Part shown: in pieces, positions 11,069-23,978 of the stretch
Layout of the letters: every line of letters begins with the position of its first letter
How positions within the stretch are numbered: the first letter of the stretch is position 1
Source of the DNA: Eledone cirrhosa
Taxonomy: Eukaryota
Reading direction: 5' to 3'
Length of the DNA stretch: 64,000 nucleotides
Assembly (NCBI GenBank): GCA_964016885.1
Contig: OZ024747.1
Span: forward strand, 72,168,001 to 72,232,000
Translations under genes and position numbers: made by a program
The notes under the pieces: generated by a model
What the model was told of the DNA's origin: nothing
The model's input: the letters and a program-made list of their open reading frames with translations, nothing else
Database searches by the model: none

Positions 11069-11936
11069 TCATCATCATCATCATCATCATCAACGTTTAA
11101 CGTCTGTGTTCCACGCTTGCATGGGTTTGGACGGGGGTAGTCCCACTTGAGGCAAGAGTGATTGTCTTGCTCGCATAGGACTGTCTGGCAGGTTTTCTAC
11201 AGTTGGATGCCCTTCCTAACACCAACCACATTTACAGTGTGGGTCTGGGAGGTTTTTACCGTGTTGCCTACACGGCCACATTACAGCGTGGACTGTGTGT
11301 TTTTTTGTCGTGACACCTACACGATCTCATTTGTTTCGGCCTGGATGGTGTGGCATCAACATAACTTTACATAGGAGGGGGTGGTGTGGATGGGGTGGGG
11401 GTGGTGGGACGGGGGTGTATTTTGTTAGAGATGTCTACTGGCTGTAGTAGGTTTTACTATGTATTTAGGTAAGGCGGGTCTTCTCTATTACTGAGTACCG
11501 CCAAAGGTCTCGGTCCAGTGACATTGTCTTGGAGAGGTGTAAGTGTGTGAGGTCGGAGTTTATCAGCTCGTCCCAGGTTTTTCTAGGTCTGCCTATTCCG
11601 TGGCTACCGTCTATCTTTATTGCCCTGCACTTTGTTATACAGCTATCGACTTTCATGCGCATCACGTGTCCATACCAACGTAGCCTTCTCTCGAGTAAAC
11701 AACATCTGATCCCTCTTATTTCTAATTTTTTCCTTAGTTCGTTTATGCTTTGCCGTTCACGTATATTACTATTACACATCCAGCGGAGCATGCAAGCTTC
11801 GTTCCTCTCTAGTCTGCGTATATCCTCTGCACACAATGCCCAGGTCTCACTGCCATGCAACATTGCTAGGCATCATACAACCTGCCTTTCATTTTTAGGG
11901 AGAACCCTTTAGCGGCTAATAGTGGTATAAGCTCTC

Positions 11937-11937
<1 letters not shown>
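11068..11937 (-). mobile_element. 5'-truncated RTE copy
   Basis: Near-identical to the 3' ~870 bp of the element at 1-4.8 kb; (ATC)n tail at 11068-11091; ORF ends EKTRLT*. Confidence 0.95.
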
Positions 11938-11968
<31 letters not shown>

Positions 11969-12023
11969 TCGTTTCTGAATTTGTTTAGCAAGATTCTTTA
12001 TCTGAAAACGTGTGTTGAAACCG

Positions 12024-12457
12024 ATATTGTTATACTTTGGGAGGGTCATGTTGCCAATAAGAAACACACGCACCAGTTGCTTTCACTTCAATTTATTATA
12101 AATTAAATTTATAAATTTAGGAATTTATAAATTTCCGGTTGGTTGGTTGGTTCCACAACCAGACGATTGTTCATATATTGTCAAAGTTCTTTCGTCACAC
12201 AGTCTGTGACCTCTTCAGTTACAGGGGATTCTTTTCTTTGTTTTTGTGCCTCTCCTTTGTTCTGTCCCATGCCAGGCATTGAAAAAGTCACAGAATGTGT
12301 GACGAAAGAACTTTGACAATATATGAACAATCGTCTGGTTGTGGAACCAACCAACCAGCCAGAAATTTATAAATTTAATTTATAATAAATTGAAGTGAAA
12401 GCAACTGGTGCGTGTGTTTCTTATTGGCAACATGACCCTCCCAAAGTATAACAATAT
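12024..12457. repeat. Long inverted repeat (~190-bp arms) with a hammerhead at the inner end of each arm
   Basis: 12024-12210 vs 12287-12457 are reverse complements; sits between (TA)n tracts; same outer terminus as the fold-back at 15495-15597. Confidence 0.85.
12179..12223 (-). ncRNA. Type I hammerhead ribozyme motif
   Basis: Minus strand: TGTAA-CTGAAGA-G-GTCACA gactg TGTGAC-GAAA-GAAC-TT-TGACA; a degraded mirror copy (TTGAAAA core) lies on + at ~12279-12320. Confidence 0.7.
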
Positions 12458-12458
12458 A

Positions 12459-12556
<98 letters not shown>

Positions 12557-12726
12557 CATACATATGATCTCCTTCTGAGGTCAATTTTGCCTTTCATTCT
12601 TTCAAGCTCAATAAAAAAGTACCAATCAAGTACTAGGGTTGATCTTCCTCTATATCTCTTTCTCACTTCCATCCTCTTACTCTTTATCTTTCACTGGACA
12701 AAATCTACTGTGTTCAAACTTAGAGA

Positions 12727-12777
<51 letters not shown>

Positions 12778-13644
12778 TTACACACATATATATACAACAC
12801 CGTTTAGCATCCATCTTTCCATGCTTGCTTGGGTTAAACGGGTTGTTCATGCTGGAAGGCAAGTCTGGCCAGAATTGGCCATGTCACACCTTGCTCCGAT
12901 GAGGACTGTAAATTTGATTGGGTATTTTACAGGTGGATGCCCTTCCTAACACCAACCACATTTACAGTATGGAACTGGATATTTCTGTTATGAGGAGGGG
13001 CAGGCTAGTTGAGACTGACGAACCTGTCTCACAGCAGAACCATAGTTTTGGAGCCCAGTAGTGGACGGCACTGATAAGAGGAGCCCAACCCATCTCACAG
13101 GATAGCATAGTTTTAGGGCCTGGAACCTGATGGCACTGCCATGAGAAGGGGGTGGCCAGTCAGCCATGCCAAACCCTTCTCACAATGTTACCATAGTTTT
13201 GGGGCTTGGTACTGGATGACTCTGCTATGAGGAGTGACAGGTGTAGAACCATGGTTTGGGAGCCTGACTTTGGATGTATTATTTTCTGTATGTGGTATAT
13301 ATATATATATGTGCAGATGTGTGTGTGTGTATTGGGAACAGGTGTGTGTATGTGTGTAGGGAGGTTAACCAGGTTCACAATCATGAAAAATGGTGATGAC
13401 AATTCCCTTAAGTCTCAGTTATAAGGGTAGTAGGCTCATGACTGAGGTTATGAGTTTCATTCCTGGAACAAGAAGTGTGTTGTATCCTTGAACAAGACAC
13501 TTTTCATTCACAATGTTCATAATCCGCTTAACTGGGAAATGTAAAGGGCTGTAACAACAATGGTGCCAAGTTGTATCAACTTTTGCCTTTCTCTTGGACC
13601 ATGTTAGTTGTGTGGAGAGAGCTGAGCTATAGAGAGATGTGTTT

Positions 13645-13850
13645 ATCTGATCCGATCTGATTCTGGATCCGCGATCCAACCCCAGATCTCCGATCCGAAC
13701 CTGGACCTCGATCCAAACCCGGATTCCCAATCCGATCCCGGATCACTGACCCAATAATAGACCCGATCCTATACTGGATCTGATCCAATACCGTATCCAA
13801 TCTGATACTGGATACAACCCGATATGGATTTGAACTGATACTGGATCCAA
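13645..13850. repeat. Degenerate (CCGAT/CCGGAT)-rich minisatellite
   Basis: Dense GATCC/CCGAT/GGATCC short units, next to a (TA)n tract. Confidence 0.75.
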
Positions 13851-13865
13851 GGCGGACAGAGTTAA

Positions 13866-13951
<86 letters not shown>

Positions 13952-14070
13952 AGGCTGCTAACAGAGAAAGAAGGACAAACATGGACAGAGATATGAACTC
14001 TCCTTCAAAATATGTATGTAAAAATAAATAATTTTTCTTCCACTTTTTATTATTATTATCTGTATAAATA

Positions 14071-14263
14071 AGGGCGGTGGATTGGCAGTATCGGTAGAGG
14101 CTTGGACGCCGTGCTTTCCAGCATAGTTACGTCCCTTTACGATCTGAGTTCAAATCCCGCTGAGGTTAACTTTGCCTTTCATCCTTACGGGGTCGATAAA
14201 ATAAAGTACCAGTAATGAACTGGGATGATTGCTGGCCTTGTGCCAAAAGTAGAAACAATTATT
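14071..14263 (+). mobile_element. Young tRNA-derived SINE with a Meta-like core
   Basis: GGCGGTGGATTGGCAGTATCGGTAGAG head, GAGTTCAAATCCC B box, GCCTTTCATCCTTACGGGGTCGATAAAATAAAGTACCAG core, ATTATT tail; TSD TGTATAAATA (14061-14070 / 14264-14273). Confidence 0.92.
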
Positions 14264-14350
14264 TGTATAAATATGGAACTTAACCATATTATGCATATCC
14301 GCTGTTGACATTGTATATAATGCTGAAACTGGTACCATTAAATGCAGAAA

Positions 14351-14539
14351 GAGCGGTGGATTGCCAGTATTGGTAGAGGGTCGGACGTAATGCTTTGAAG
14401 CATAGAGTTACGGTCCTTGCCATTCTGAGTTCAAATCCCGCCGAGGTTAACTTTGCCTTTCATCCTTACGGGGTTGATAAAATAAAGTACCAGTAATACA
14501 CTGGGTATTGCTGGCCTTGTGCCAAAAGTAGAAACAATT
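14351..14539 (+). mobile_element. Meta-core SINE copy
   Basis: Same consensus; TSD ATTAAATGCAGAAA (14337-14350 / 14540-14553). Confidence 0.92.
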
Positions 14540-14687
14540 ATTAAATGCAGAAATATCCTCTTTATAAATAAATAAATGTTTTGATATTTCACTGAAAGAA
14601 TCTCTTCAGCATTTTCTACTGAAAATTTTTTTTTCCTTTCTACTATTTATTTTTATATATATCAACTCGTGTGTTACTTTTCTACAT

Positions 14688-14724
<37 letters not shown>

Positions 14725-14727
<3 letters not shown>

Positions 14728-14866
14728 GGAAAAAGTATGACCCCCGACGGCAGAACTCAAGCCGTAGGGGTCATACTTTTTCCTATTTCCCACTCTACTA
14801 CCCTAAGTATTGAGTACTCTGGTGCGTTATGGTCCATCTGGTTCCTTACCACACTTCCTTCGTTAT
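14725..14866. repeat. Fold-back at hammerhead stem III (same family as 45366-45562)
   Basis: Arms ATAGGAAAAAGTATGACCCCCGACGGC / GCCGTAGGGGTCATACTTTTTCCTAT; the downstream sequence is the reverse complement of 45366-45450; in (TA)n. Confidence 0.75.
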
Positions 14867-14899
14867 ATATATATATATATATATATCTGTATATATATT

Positions 14900-14930
<31 letters not shown>

Positions 14931-15441
14931 ACACATATATATATATATATATAGAAGTAGTAACACAACAGTTAGTTCACCATACAAGAACAATTGTTTC
15001 ACCTTATGCAGATCTTCAGCTAGGCTTGATAATGGTTATACGGAACAGGAAAAGGAGAAACAACCATATGAACGCGCCTTTCATCCTTACGGGGTCGATA
15101 AAATAAAGTACCAGTAATGTACTGGGTAATTGCTGGTCTTGTGCCAAAAAGTAGAAACAATTATTATTAATTAATGTGGGTGAAACATCAGGTAAGAATT
15201 AGAGAAATATTTTTGTTATAACGACTTGCGACTCCTACACTTATTCATTTGCTTATACACTCTACTTAATGGTAACCCCTCTGTAATATTTAACACTGCT
15301 AATCCAAGCATTGAGTCCACCTTGCTTCGGCTACCGGCATCTAGTAATCTGTATCACAACTCTCTATATCTCTCTATCTTTCTCTCTCTCCTCCTCTTTT
15401 ACGATACATATATTCTCTTACATACATACATACATACATAT

Positions 15442-15488
<47 letters not shown>

Positions 15489-15494
15489 CATATA

Positions 15495-15655
15495 TATTGT
15501 TATACTTTGGGAGGGTCATGTTGCCAATAAGAAACACACGCACCAGGTACGTGTGTTTCTTATTGGCAACATCACCCTCCCAAAGTATAACAATATCAGT
15601 TTCAACACACGATTTCAGATAAAGAATCTTGCTAAACAAATTCAGAAACGAAACA
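15495..15655. repeat. Fold-back of the terminus of the 12.0-12.5 kb family
   Basis: ~46-bp arms ATATTGTTATACTTTGGGAGGGTCATGTTGCCAATAAGAAACACACG / reverse complement, 9-nt spacer; extension matches 11967-12024. Confidence 0.8.
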
Positions 15656-15741
15656 TACATATATACATATACATATATACATACATACATATATATATAT
15701 ATCTATATCTATATATATATATATATATATACATACATATA

Positions 15742-15798
<57 letters not shown>

Positions 15799-16683
15799 TT
15801 AATAAATGAAAAAACAACAAGATTAGGTGTTCTTACTCATGAACAACCTACATATAACTGTTCATGGGTAAAAGCAATTCTCTTGTAGTCAATCAAACAA
15901 CTTTGAAATCTGAACCTGAGCTTTATTTATGGTCATAGACTGGCTGTAACAGAATGGCAGTTCGGTAGGGGAATCTTGGGAATAATTGCATTTTACCCTT
16001 GTTGATTGCCTCCAAGAAGAGTGATCTCTAAGAGATACATGTGTGTGAGTGTAAATATATATATATATATATGGGGTTATACATATACCCATACATCCAT
16101 GCATGCATGCAGTTTGTTATTTGCCTAATGGTATGTAAATCCTTTTTTTCTGTTTTTAAGAGGATTATCCACACACACAGACACGCACACACACACACAT
16201 ACACACACATGTATATTTTTATGTATGCATGTGTACATGTTTTTATGTATGTATATGTGTGTGTGTTTCTGTCTGTATGTATGTATGAATATATGTATGT
16301 GTGTGTGTGTGTGTCTATCTGTTTATATGTATTTATGTGTATGTATGTATACATGTTTGTATGTATGTATGTATATATGTATATATGCATATAAATATGC
16401 ATGTATATATGTATATATATATATATATACATTTGTACATACATATATACATGTGACAGCAGCTAAAGATTATAAACCCATGTCCCAAGGATATTGTTAT
16501 TGTGTATAAAGAAATGAGATGAAATGAAAGTGTCGAAGCCCCTCCTTAGAGAATATCATAGTCAAATGATGACATCATCTGACATCTGTCATTTTAGAGA
16601 GACAATTGTATCAGGCTAGTTTAATACATACAGATCAACTCTTAATTTAGTTCGTTTTGAAGTTTATATTATGTGTATTATCA

Positions 16684-16871
16684 AGGGCGGTGGATTGGCA
16701 GTATCGGTAGAGGGTCGGACACCATGCTTTGACGCATAGAGTTACGGCCCTTGCCATTCTGAGTTCAAATCCCGCCGAGGTTAACTTTGCCTTTCATCCT
16801 TACGGGGTCGATAAAATAAAGTACCAGTAATACACTGGGTAATTGCTGGCCTTGTACCAAAAGTAGAAACA
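16684..16871 (+). mobile_element. Meta-core SINE copy
   Basis: TSD ATTATGTGTATTATCA (16668-16683 / 16872-16887). Confidence 0.92.
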
Positions 16872-18159
16872 ATTATGTGTATTATCATCATCATCATCAT
16901 CATTGTCATCGTCTTCGTCATCATCATCATCATCATCGTTATCATCATTGTCGTCGTTGTCACATCATCATTGTCGTCATCATCATCATATCACCATCAT
17001 GGTCAACTTCATTATCATCATTACCACCACCACCACCACCACCACCACCACCACCTCCACTACCACTACCACCACCGCCATCATCATCATCATCCTGATT
17101 TTATGTCTGTTTTCCATCTTGACACGGGCATGATTGGTTGAGGGAACACGTTTTGTCATATGTTCAGTGTGTAGTGGAGTCACTACAATTGGATAGCCTC
17201 CCTTCCTAATGTATATATGTATGTGTGTACTGAGTACATTTTATTGTGGCCCTTACCTTTTTACAGTCTACAGTGTAGTTCCAGTCAGAGAAACCATACT
17301 AATCAGAGGTTTGAAAGGACTCATCAGTTGTATCAAAACTCAATAAACTCTTTCTGATAGGCTGATGACCTACTGAACACCCTAGTGTTTGTGGCACCCA
17401 CTAAGCTCTCTAAACTGGTAGTACTGGTGCCACAGTAAAATACACCCAATGCACTCTGTAAAGTGGTATTTCTGTAAAGAGGTATTACCAAGATAAAATA
17501 CACCAGTACACTCTGTAGAGTGGCAGTACTGGCACCACAATAAAATGTCCCCAATACACTCTGTAAAGTGGTAGTACTAATGCCATGATTAAATGCACCC
17601 AGTGTACAGGTTGGTGTTAGGCAGGGAATCTAGCTGTAGAAATCAGGCCAAAATGGAACATATGAGCAAAAATCATATAAAATAAATAAAAAAGGTGGGT
17701 GAAGACAATGGAAAAACAGCACTGGACAGTCCTTCTCATCAGTCAACCTCTGGATATATATATATTTATATATATATGCACACTTGTGCACACACACACA
17801 CACACATATCACAATAATGATATGTGAATGTATATATATATGTATGTATGTGTATGTGTGTGTGTGTTTATGTTCATGTATTTTAAAATGATAAAGAAGC
17901 TTTTTCAGATTTTGAATATCTGTTTGTGATATGGGTGTATCATTTTTAATTCACCCTCCCTCCTATCTTCCCCTCTTTTTTCACCTTATTACTCCCCTCT
18001 CTCCCTTGCTCACTATTTCTCTTTTGACCTCTTTCTTTCTATCTTTTCTCCTTTCTTTCTCAGTGTTTAGATTTAATTAAGTAAAATTAGGTAACCTCTT
18101 ATCCCGAAAGCAATTTTTCTTTATAGTTATTTTTTTTTCTATGTACACATTTGGCTATT

Positions 18160-18640
18160 GGTAGTGTTATTATTGATTGTGATGTTGTTGTTGTTGATGT
18201 TATTGTTGATGTTGTTATTGTAGTTGTTGTTTTGGTTGTGGTGTTGGGAGGGAGAAGCAGTGGTGGTAGTGGCAGTAGCAGTGGTGGTGGGTGAAGTAGT
18301 GGTAGTGAGTGAAGTAGTGGTGTTTGTGTTGGTGTTGTTGGTATTGGTGTTGGTGTGTTTGTGTTGGTGTTGTTGGTATTGGTGTTGGTGTGTTTGTGTT
18401 GGTGTTGTTGGTATTGGTGTTGGTGTGTTTGTGTTGGTGTTGTTGGTATTGGTAGTATTGATGTTTGTGCTGGTCTTGGTTTTGGTGGTGAAGGTGTTGA
18501 TGTTGATGTTGTTGGTGGTGGTGTTGGTGTTGGTGTTTGTGGTGTTGGTGGTATTGGTGGTGGTGGTGATGGTGTTGGTGGTATTGGTGTTGGGGTGATG
18601 CTGATAATCTTGTTGTTGTAAGTGGTGTTTGTGGTGATCA
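18160..18640. repeat. (GTT/GGT)n low-complexity trinucleotide tract
   Basis: Direct inspection; similar tracts at 16883-17095, 46910-47480, 49815-50410, 50945-51465 and 55380-55755. Confidence 0.9.
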
Positions 18641-19684
18641 TAGTGTTTGGCTGAAGACATAAGAACTCATCCTTATTACCTGCTTCACAGTGTATCTAAA
18701 ATCCACTGAAAAGAAACTACACATTTAAAATTGTTAATAACTTTATTAATTATTGGTCAATTTTCATAAAACATGTTCTATTCTGAACAACATCCTGGAA
18801 ATTGGACATCAAGCCATTCATGGACAGTGCGTGCAAAATAAAGAGGGGTCCCATATTGCATGCATATGAGACAATTGATGTTGTCCCAAATAGTCACAGT
18901 AGGCCAAAAGTTATAAGTAATTTTCAATAGAATGTTTCTTTCCACCCAATCTGTATACTTTTTTGCATACAAATCATTTGCTGGGTATGCTCATTTGCAT
19001 ATGGTACAGGTTTAACTGACTAGGGTTAATTTGCAGAAGCACTAACTTAGAGTGGTTCATAATTAAGGTGTATATGAAGGCATATATAATATGTTTATGC
19101 ATAATAAACCCATGTAAGTCTCACTATGAATGTTTTCAGCTGTGATAATGTCACAGTTATCTCAACAGTCATGTGAGTATGCCAGACGTGCTGTTAGTGA
19201 ATCATGCTGAAGCTGATAAAGCACAGACAGGTTGTGACATCTATAGAATTTCCTTGACACTGAACAGGTGTGGTCACTATTTGTTATCCACACCTTTCCT
19301 TAACTTGTCTCTTTAGCAGAGCTGTAGTCTTAAGCCAAGTAAAGACCAAGTGGGGAGGGTGTTTGTCAACTAAAATACTTTCAAGAACTCACAACCCTCT
19401 ATCAGACCAGCAATGTGGTCAGTAGAAACTCCACTTTGGCACTCTATAGAGGATTAATGGCAGGTAAAAGGACCCATAGACAAACTCTAGAAACCTATAA
19501 CTTAGCTGTGCTGATTCAGGTTGAATTCTACAGGTACAGAAGTCCTATCAGCTGATTAAAAGGATTGGCATCAGGAAAGGTTTCTGTCTGTAAAACAATG
19601 TCTCAAAACCTCCCATCCAATCATATCAACAAGTAAAAGTGGATGTAAAATGACGGTGATATATTCTTTCTATTAAGTTTAAGG

Positions 19685-20101
19685 AGGGTGGTGGATTGGC
19701 AGTATTGGTAGAGCATCAGGCATACTTTGCAGCATAGAGTTACATCCCTTTACATTCTGAGTTCAAATTCCACTGATATTATTTTTGCCTTTCATGCTTA
19801 TAAGGTTGATAAAATAAAGTACCAGTAACTCACTGGGGTTAATTTAATCAACTTCCTCCTCCCCCAAAATTGTTGGCCATGTGCCTAAATCAGAAGCCAT
19901 TATTAAGTTTAAGGGCGGTGAATTGGCAGTATCGGTAGAGGGTCGGACGCCTTGCTTTGATGCATAGAGTTACGACCCTTGCCATTCTGAGTTCAAATCC
20001 CACCGAGGTTAACTTTGCCTTTCATCCTTACGGGGTCGATAAAATAAAGTACCAGTAATGTACTGGGTAATTGCTGGCCTTGTGCCAATAGTAGAAACAA
20101 T
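19685..20101 (+). mobile_element. Two head-to-tail Meta-core SINEs sharing one target site
   Basis: TATTAAGTTTAAGG occurs at 19671, 19901 and 20102, bracketing both copies. Confidence 0.9.
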
Positions 20102-20425
20102 TATTAAGTTTAAGGGTTCTTTAACAGTCTCTCAGTAATATTTAAGTTTGTTTCAGGATAAAAAAGTTGGAGAGTACTGTATCAGGAGACATTTCTCTTT
20201 AAGCCCTTGATAACAATATCTGACCAATTAACTTTAATTTCCTTGTTTTTGTAGATTTTCATATTTTGTTTATTTGTTTCTTTTAATTTCAGGAAACCAA
20301 ACCATGGAAACAGAATATTTAATATGGAATATTGAAACATGAGAAAGTTTATAGATATGGAAGATGTTAATAACTAAACCTTATATTCTATAAAAGACCC
20401 AATTAGAGTAAACCAAAGCAAGCAG

Positions 20426-22582
20426 ATGGAAGAAATAACAGATATTATTGAGACACCTCTGTCGAATGACATGTACAATGGATGTTCTTCAATTACTACT
20501 ATTACTACTACTACTACATCAAATACTACTACTACAAAGGAAAGTGATAAACACAAACAGAAATATTCCAATACAACTGAAATTGGTGAATATTATGAGG
20601 AATCAAAGGAAAATATAAGATTAACAAATAATTCGAAAGATATTTGCAATAGTTGTATGAAGAATTCACAAAATATTTCCATAACAAAAAATGTTCATTC
20701 AAGCAAGATAGAATATTCATTAGAAGAAAATATAGATGCCATGATTCCTGTTGTTAAAACTCCTCAAATTATGGCATCCTCTTCAGTAAATATTTCCAAT
20801 GACACTATGAAGAATTCAGAAAATATTTCCAATGGTTGTATGAAAGATTCAGAAGATATTTCCAATGGTTGTGTGAAAGATTCAGAAAACGATAAAGCTA
20901 TATGCAATGTCTTAACCTTTTCATCAAATAATAAATCTAAGCCTGAAAAAGGTGGGTTCCAATTCTGCACTAAGGCAGAAGTACACATGAGTGACGATAA
21001 CCCACAGATAAAACAATGTGAAGAATCTGATTTCTTTGATGTGAAGAATTGTACAGATATGGACCATAAAGCCCAGTGTGAAATGGAAAGAACAGATGGT
21101 TTGGGTTCTGACTATGAAAATCTAAATGGAGATAGGACAGAAAGTTCTTCTGTAACTTCAGAGCAGTTAAATAATGGTTCAGAAGTAAAAGTTGGTGTAG
21201 AGAGTACCGTTGCTGGTGGAAGCATTACTTCTGAGAATAATGTAGATACAATTGTTTCAAATGGAAATACTTTTTCAGAAACTAGCAGAGAGCATAATGG
21301 GGTGGATGATGGTGATGTCCCTTCAAAAACTGAAACAACCTTTGGAGTTACTGAAGGTAATGGTTCTTTAGAAATTGGTAATGTGAGGGTAGATGCTAAC
21401 AGAAGCATGGTTCCTACTGTTACAGTTGGTACAGTTTCTTGTAGTAATATTACTTCAGAACTTAAAAATGATGATACAAATGCCAGCAGAAATATTGGTC
21501 TAAAAATAGATGAAGATGGTACCAATAATGATAATAATAATAATACTGCTCCAGAAGTTGACAGCGGAATTGGGAGAAATAATAGTGCAGAAATTTCTAG
21601 GATGAATATAGCTGCTACTGATGGTGGTTTGAAGAATATTCCTTCAGAAGTTGCTAAAGATGATTCCATTTCTAGTGAAAATACTGCTTCAAAAGAGGAA
21701 ATAATAACCAGTGGAGATGGTAGTACAGAAACTGGTAGAGAGGTTACAACTGGAGATGCATATGGTGGTATTCAAGAAGGTATAGATGGTAGTGTTACTA
21801 ATGGAAATATCGCACCAAAAGATTTTCAAGAGACATTGTCAGATGAAAATATTCTGCCTACATCTAGCACCAACAATGAGGAATCAAATATTTTCCAGAA
21901 AACTGAAGAACCAAATATTATAGAGGCAGAAAACCCATCTTCAAAATGTGAGACAGTAGTAAATAGTGTTGATAATAATTTAGAAATAAATGATGATAAT
22001 TCAAGTATGATAGAATATTCATTAGAAGCAAATACAGATGCTGTAATTCCTGTTGTTAAAACTCCTCAAATTATGGCACCCTCTTCAGAACAACAGAATT
22101 CAGCTATCTCATCCATATTAACTACACTGGAAATGGCCAACAATTATCAAACAGATAATTTTACCGTTGAAATGATGGAAACTGGATGCACAGATAATAA
22201 AAATGAAGAAAGAACAGACAAAAGTCTGACAGCTTTACGGCCTATCATCCATACATATGTTGTTAATGAAACAGGTGTCAGAGAAAAACGAACCAACAGC
22301 ATTGAAATAAAAACCGTTACATTCTCCCAAGATACAATTTTCAATGAAGATAAATCAAAACAGTATCGGAAAGAAAAGATTAGTTTCAGAACAGTCTACA
22401 AAAGCTGTACAACTGATTCTGAAGGCTTCTCTAAAATAAACCCCTTGTTTGAAGATGATGCTGAGCCAGGAAATTCTGCAATGTCTTGCAGTGGCTTGGT
22501 AGAAAGAAGCAACAGTTTAGTGTATCTAGGAGATGATGAGAATAGCTTAAGTGGTGACAGTGAAAATGATCCAGCAGTAAAG
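20426..22582 (+). CDS. Unidentified gene, large coding exon (acidic, N/S/T/E-rich, probably disordered)
   Basis: 719 open codons in non-repetitive DNA; upstream acceptor TTTTAATTTCAG at 20292; phase-0 donor AAG|GTAAGA at 22582/22583. Start codon uncertain. Confidence 0.8.
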
Positions 22583-23227
22583 GTAAGATTTGATAGCAAT
22601 ATTTTATTTGTTTATATTAATAATAAGTGGTTGGTGATAAGAACGGCATCCAGCCATAGAAAGTCTATCATACAATGGGTCTGGGGGATTCTTCAGCTGT
22701 GTCAAAGATATGATAATGTCCCTAATGCTGCTGCCATGATAAAAAGTATTTGGTAAAGCACAGGAAATATATAAGTGAGATGCAGGCATCTAGCCAGTCC
22801 AAGCACTCTGTATAATGCAGGAATTATATAAGCATGATGCAGGCCCGTAACCCATCTGAAAAGTTAATAACTCTGCTTGAGTACTGACTCAGTGTGCGAT
22901 GACCCATCCAACCCATGCTAGCATGGAAAATGAATGTGTATATGTGTATCTGTGCTTATGTCTGACTATGTGTGTGTGTGTTTATATCTGAACATATGTA
23001 TCTGAACTTGTGTGCATATGAATATTTGTGCTTATGTCTGACTATGTGTGTGCTTGTGTGTGTGTGTCTGTTTGTATCCATGCTTGTGTTTGAATATGTG
23101 CTTGTGTATGTGTGCTTGTGTCTGTATGTATATATCTGTGCCAATGTCGGTGTGTGTGTATCTGTGCTTGTGTATGAAAGTGTTCTTCTACCATTCTAAC
23201 TACATTACATTATATCAACTTTGATAT

Positions 23228-23414
23228 GGCGGTGAATTGGCAGTATCGGTAGAGGGTTGGACGCCATGTTTTCTAGCATAGTTACGTCCCTTTACAGTCT
23301 GAGTTCAAATCCCACCGAGGTTAACTTTGCCTTTCATCCTTACGAGGTCGATAAAATAAAGTACCAGTAATGTACTGGGTAATTGCTGGCCTTGTGCCAA
23401 AAGTAGAACCAATT
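23228..23414 (+). mobile_element. Meta-core SINE copy (intronic)
   Basis: Full consensus match. Confidence 0.9.
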
Positions 23415-23813
23415 ATATGTATTACATTTTCTGTGTGTATCTGGTTTAGAATAACTACACTGTATCCCTTCATGTATGAGGTGTCTAAAACTGTTGGGAC
23501 ATGGAAGGGCATCCAGCTGTAAAACAAGTCCTACCCCATGCCAGTATAGAAAAGTTGTAGAAAAAATGATGTTGATGACATTTTAAAATAAACTGTCTTG
23601 TATCATAGAACCAAATCCAGACTTTATGTGTATGTGTGTATCTGTGCTTATGTCTGACTATGTGTGTGTGTGTTTATATTTGAACATATGTATCTGAACT
23701 TGTGTGCATATGTGTATCTGGCTAACTCCCTGTTTTAGGAGTGGGGAATGGCCTTAATGGTTGCTGTTACCATGTGTATTCTAATTATATTACATTGTAT
23801 AATTCCACTACAG

Positions 23814-23978
23814 ATATCTGTGTTGAATTTTCCTTCTTATATGGAGAAATACTTGCAGAAGGATGACAGTTCTGTGATTATCAGCAGTTCCAAAGTACAA
23901 GATTATTCAACACATTCCAATATGACCACCATAACAAACACATGGAATAAAGGAACTTTGATGGAACCAAATATAATG
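23814..23978 (+). CDS. Unidentified gene, internal exon (ISVLNFPSYMEKYLQK...TLMEPNIM)
   Basis: Acceptor TTCCACTACAG, phase 0-0, donor ATG|GTGAAC (weak); the frame joins both flanking exons. Confidence 0.6.

Noticed and set aside
14071-14160. tRNA genes at SINE heads
   Set aside because: A and B boxes are present but there is no full cloverleaf; each continues into a SINE core and has TSDs.
15825-16020. Unclassified repeat also present at 36785-37015
   Set aside because: A real dispersed repeat, but no termini, coding trace or structure could be assigned, so no claim is made.
22583-22756. C-terminal 57 aa of the 776-aa ORF
   Set aside because: Follows a strong GTAAGA donor, changes composition and runs into RTE-tail-like repeat sequence; treated as intron read-through.
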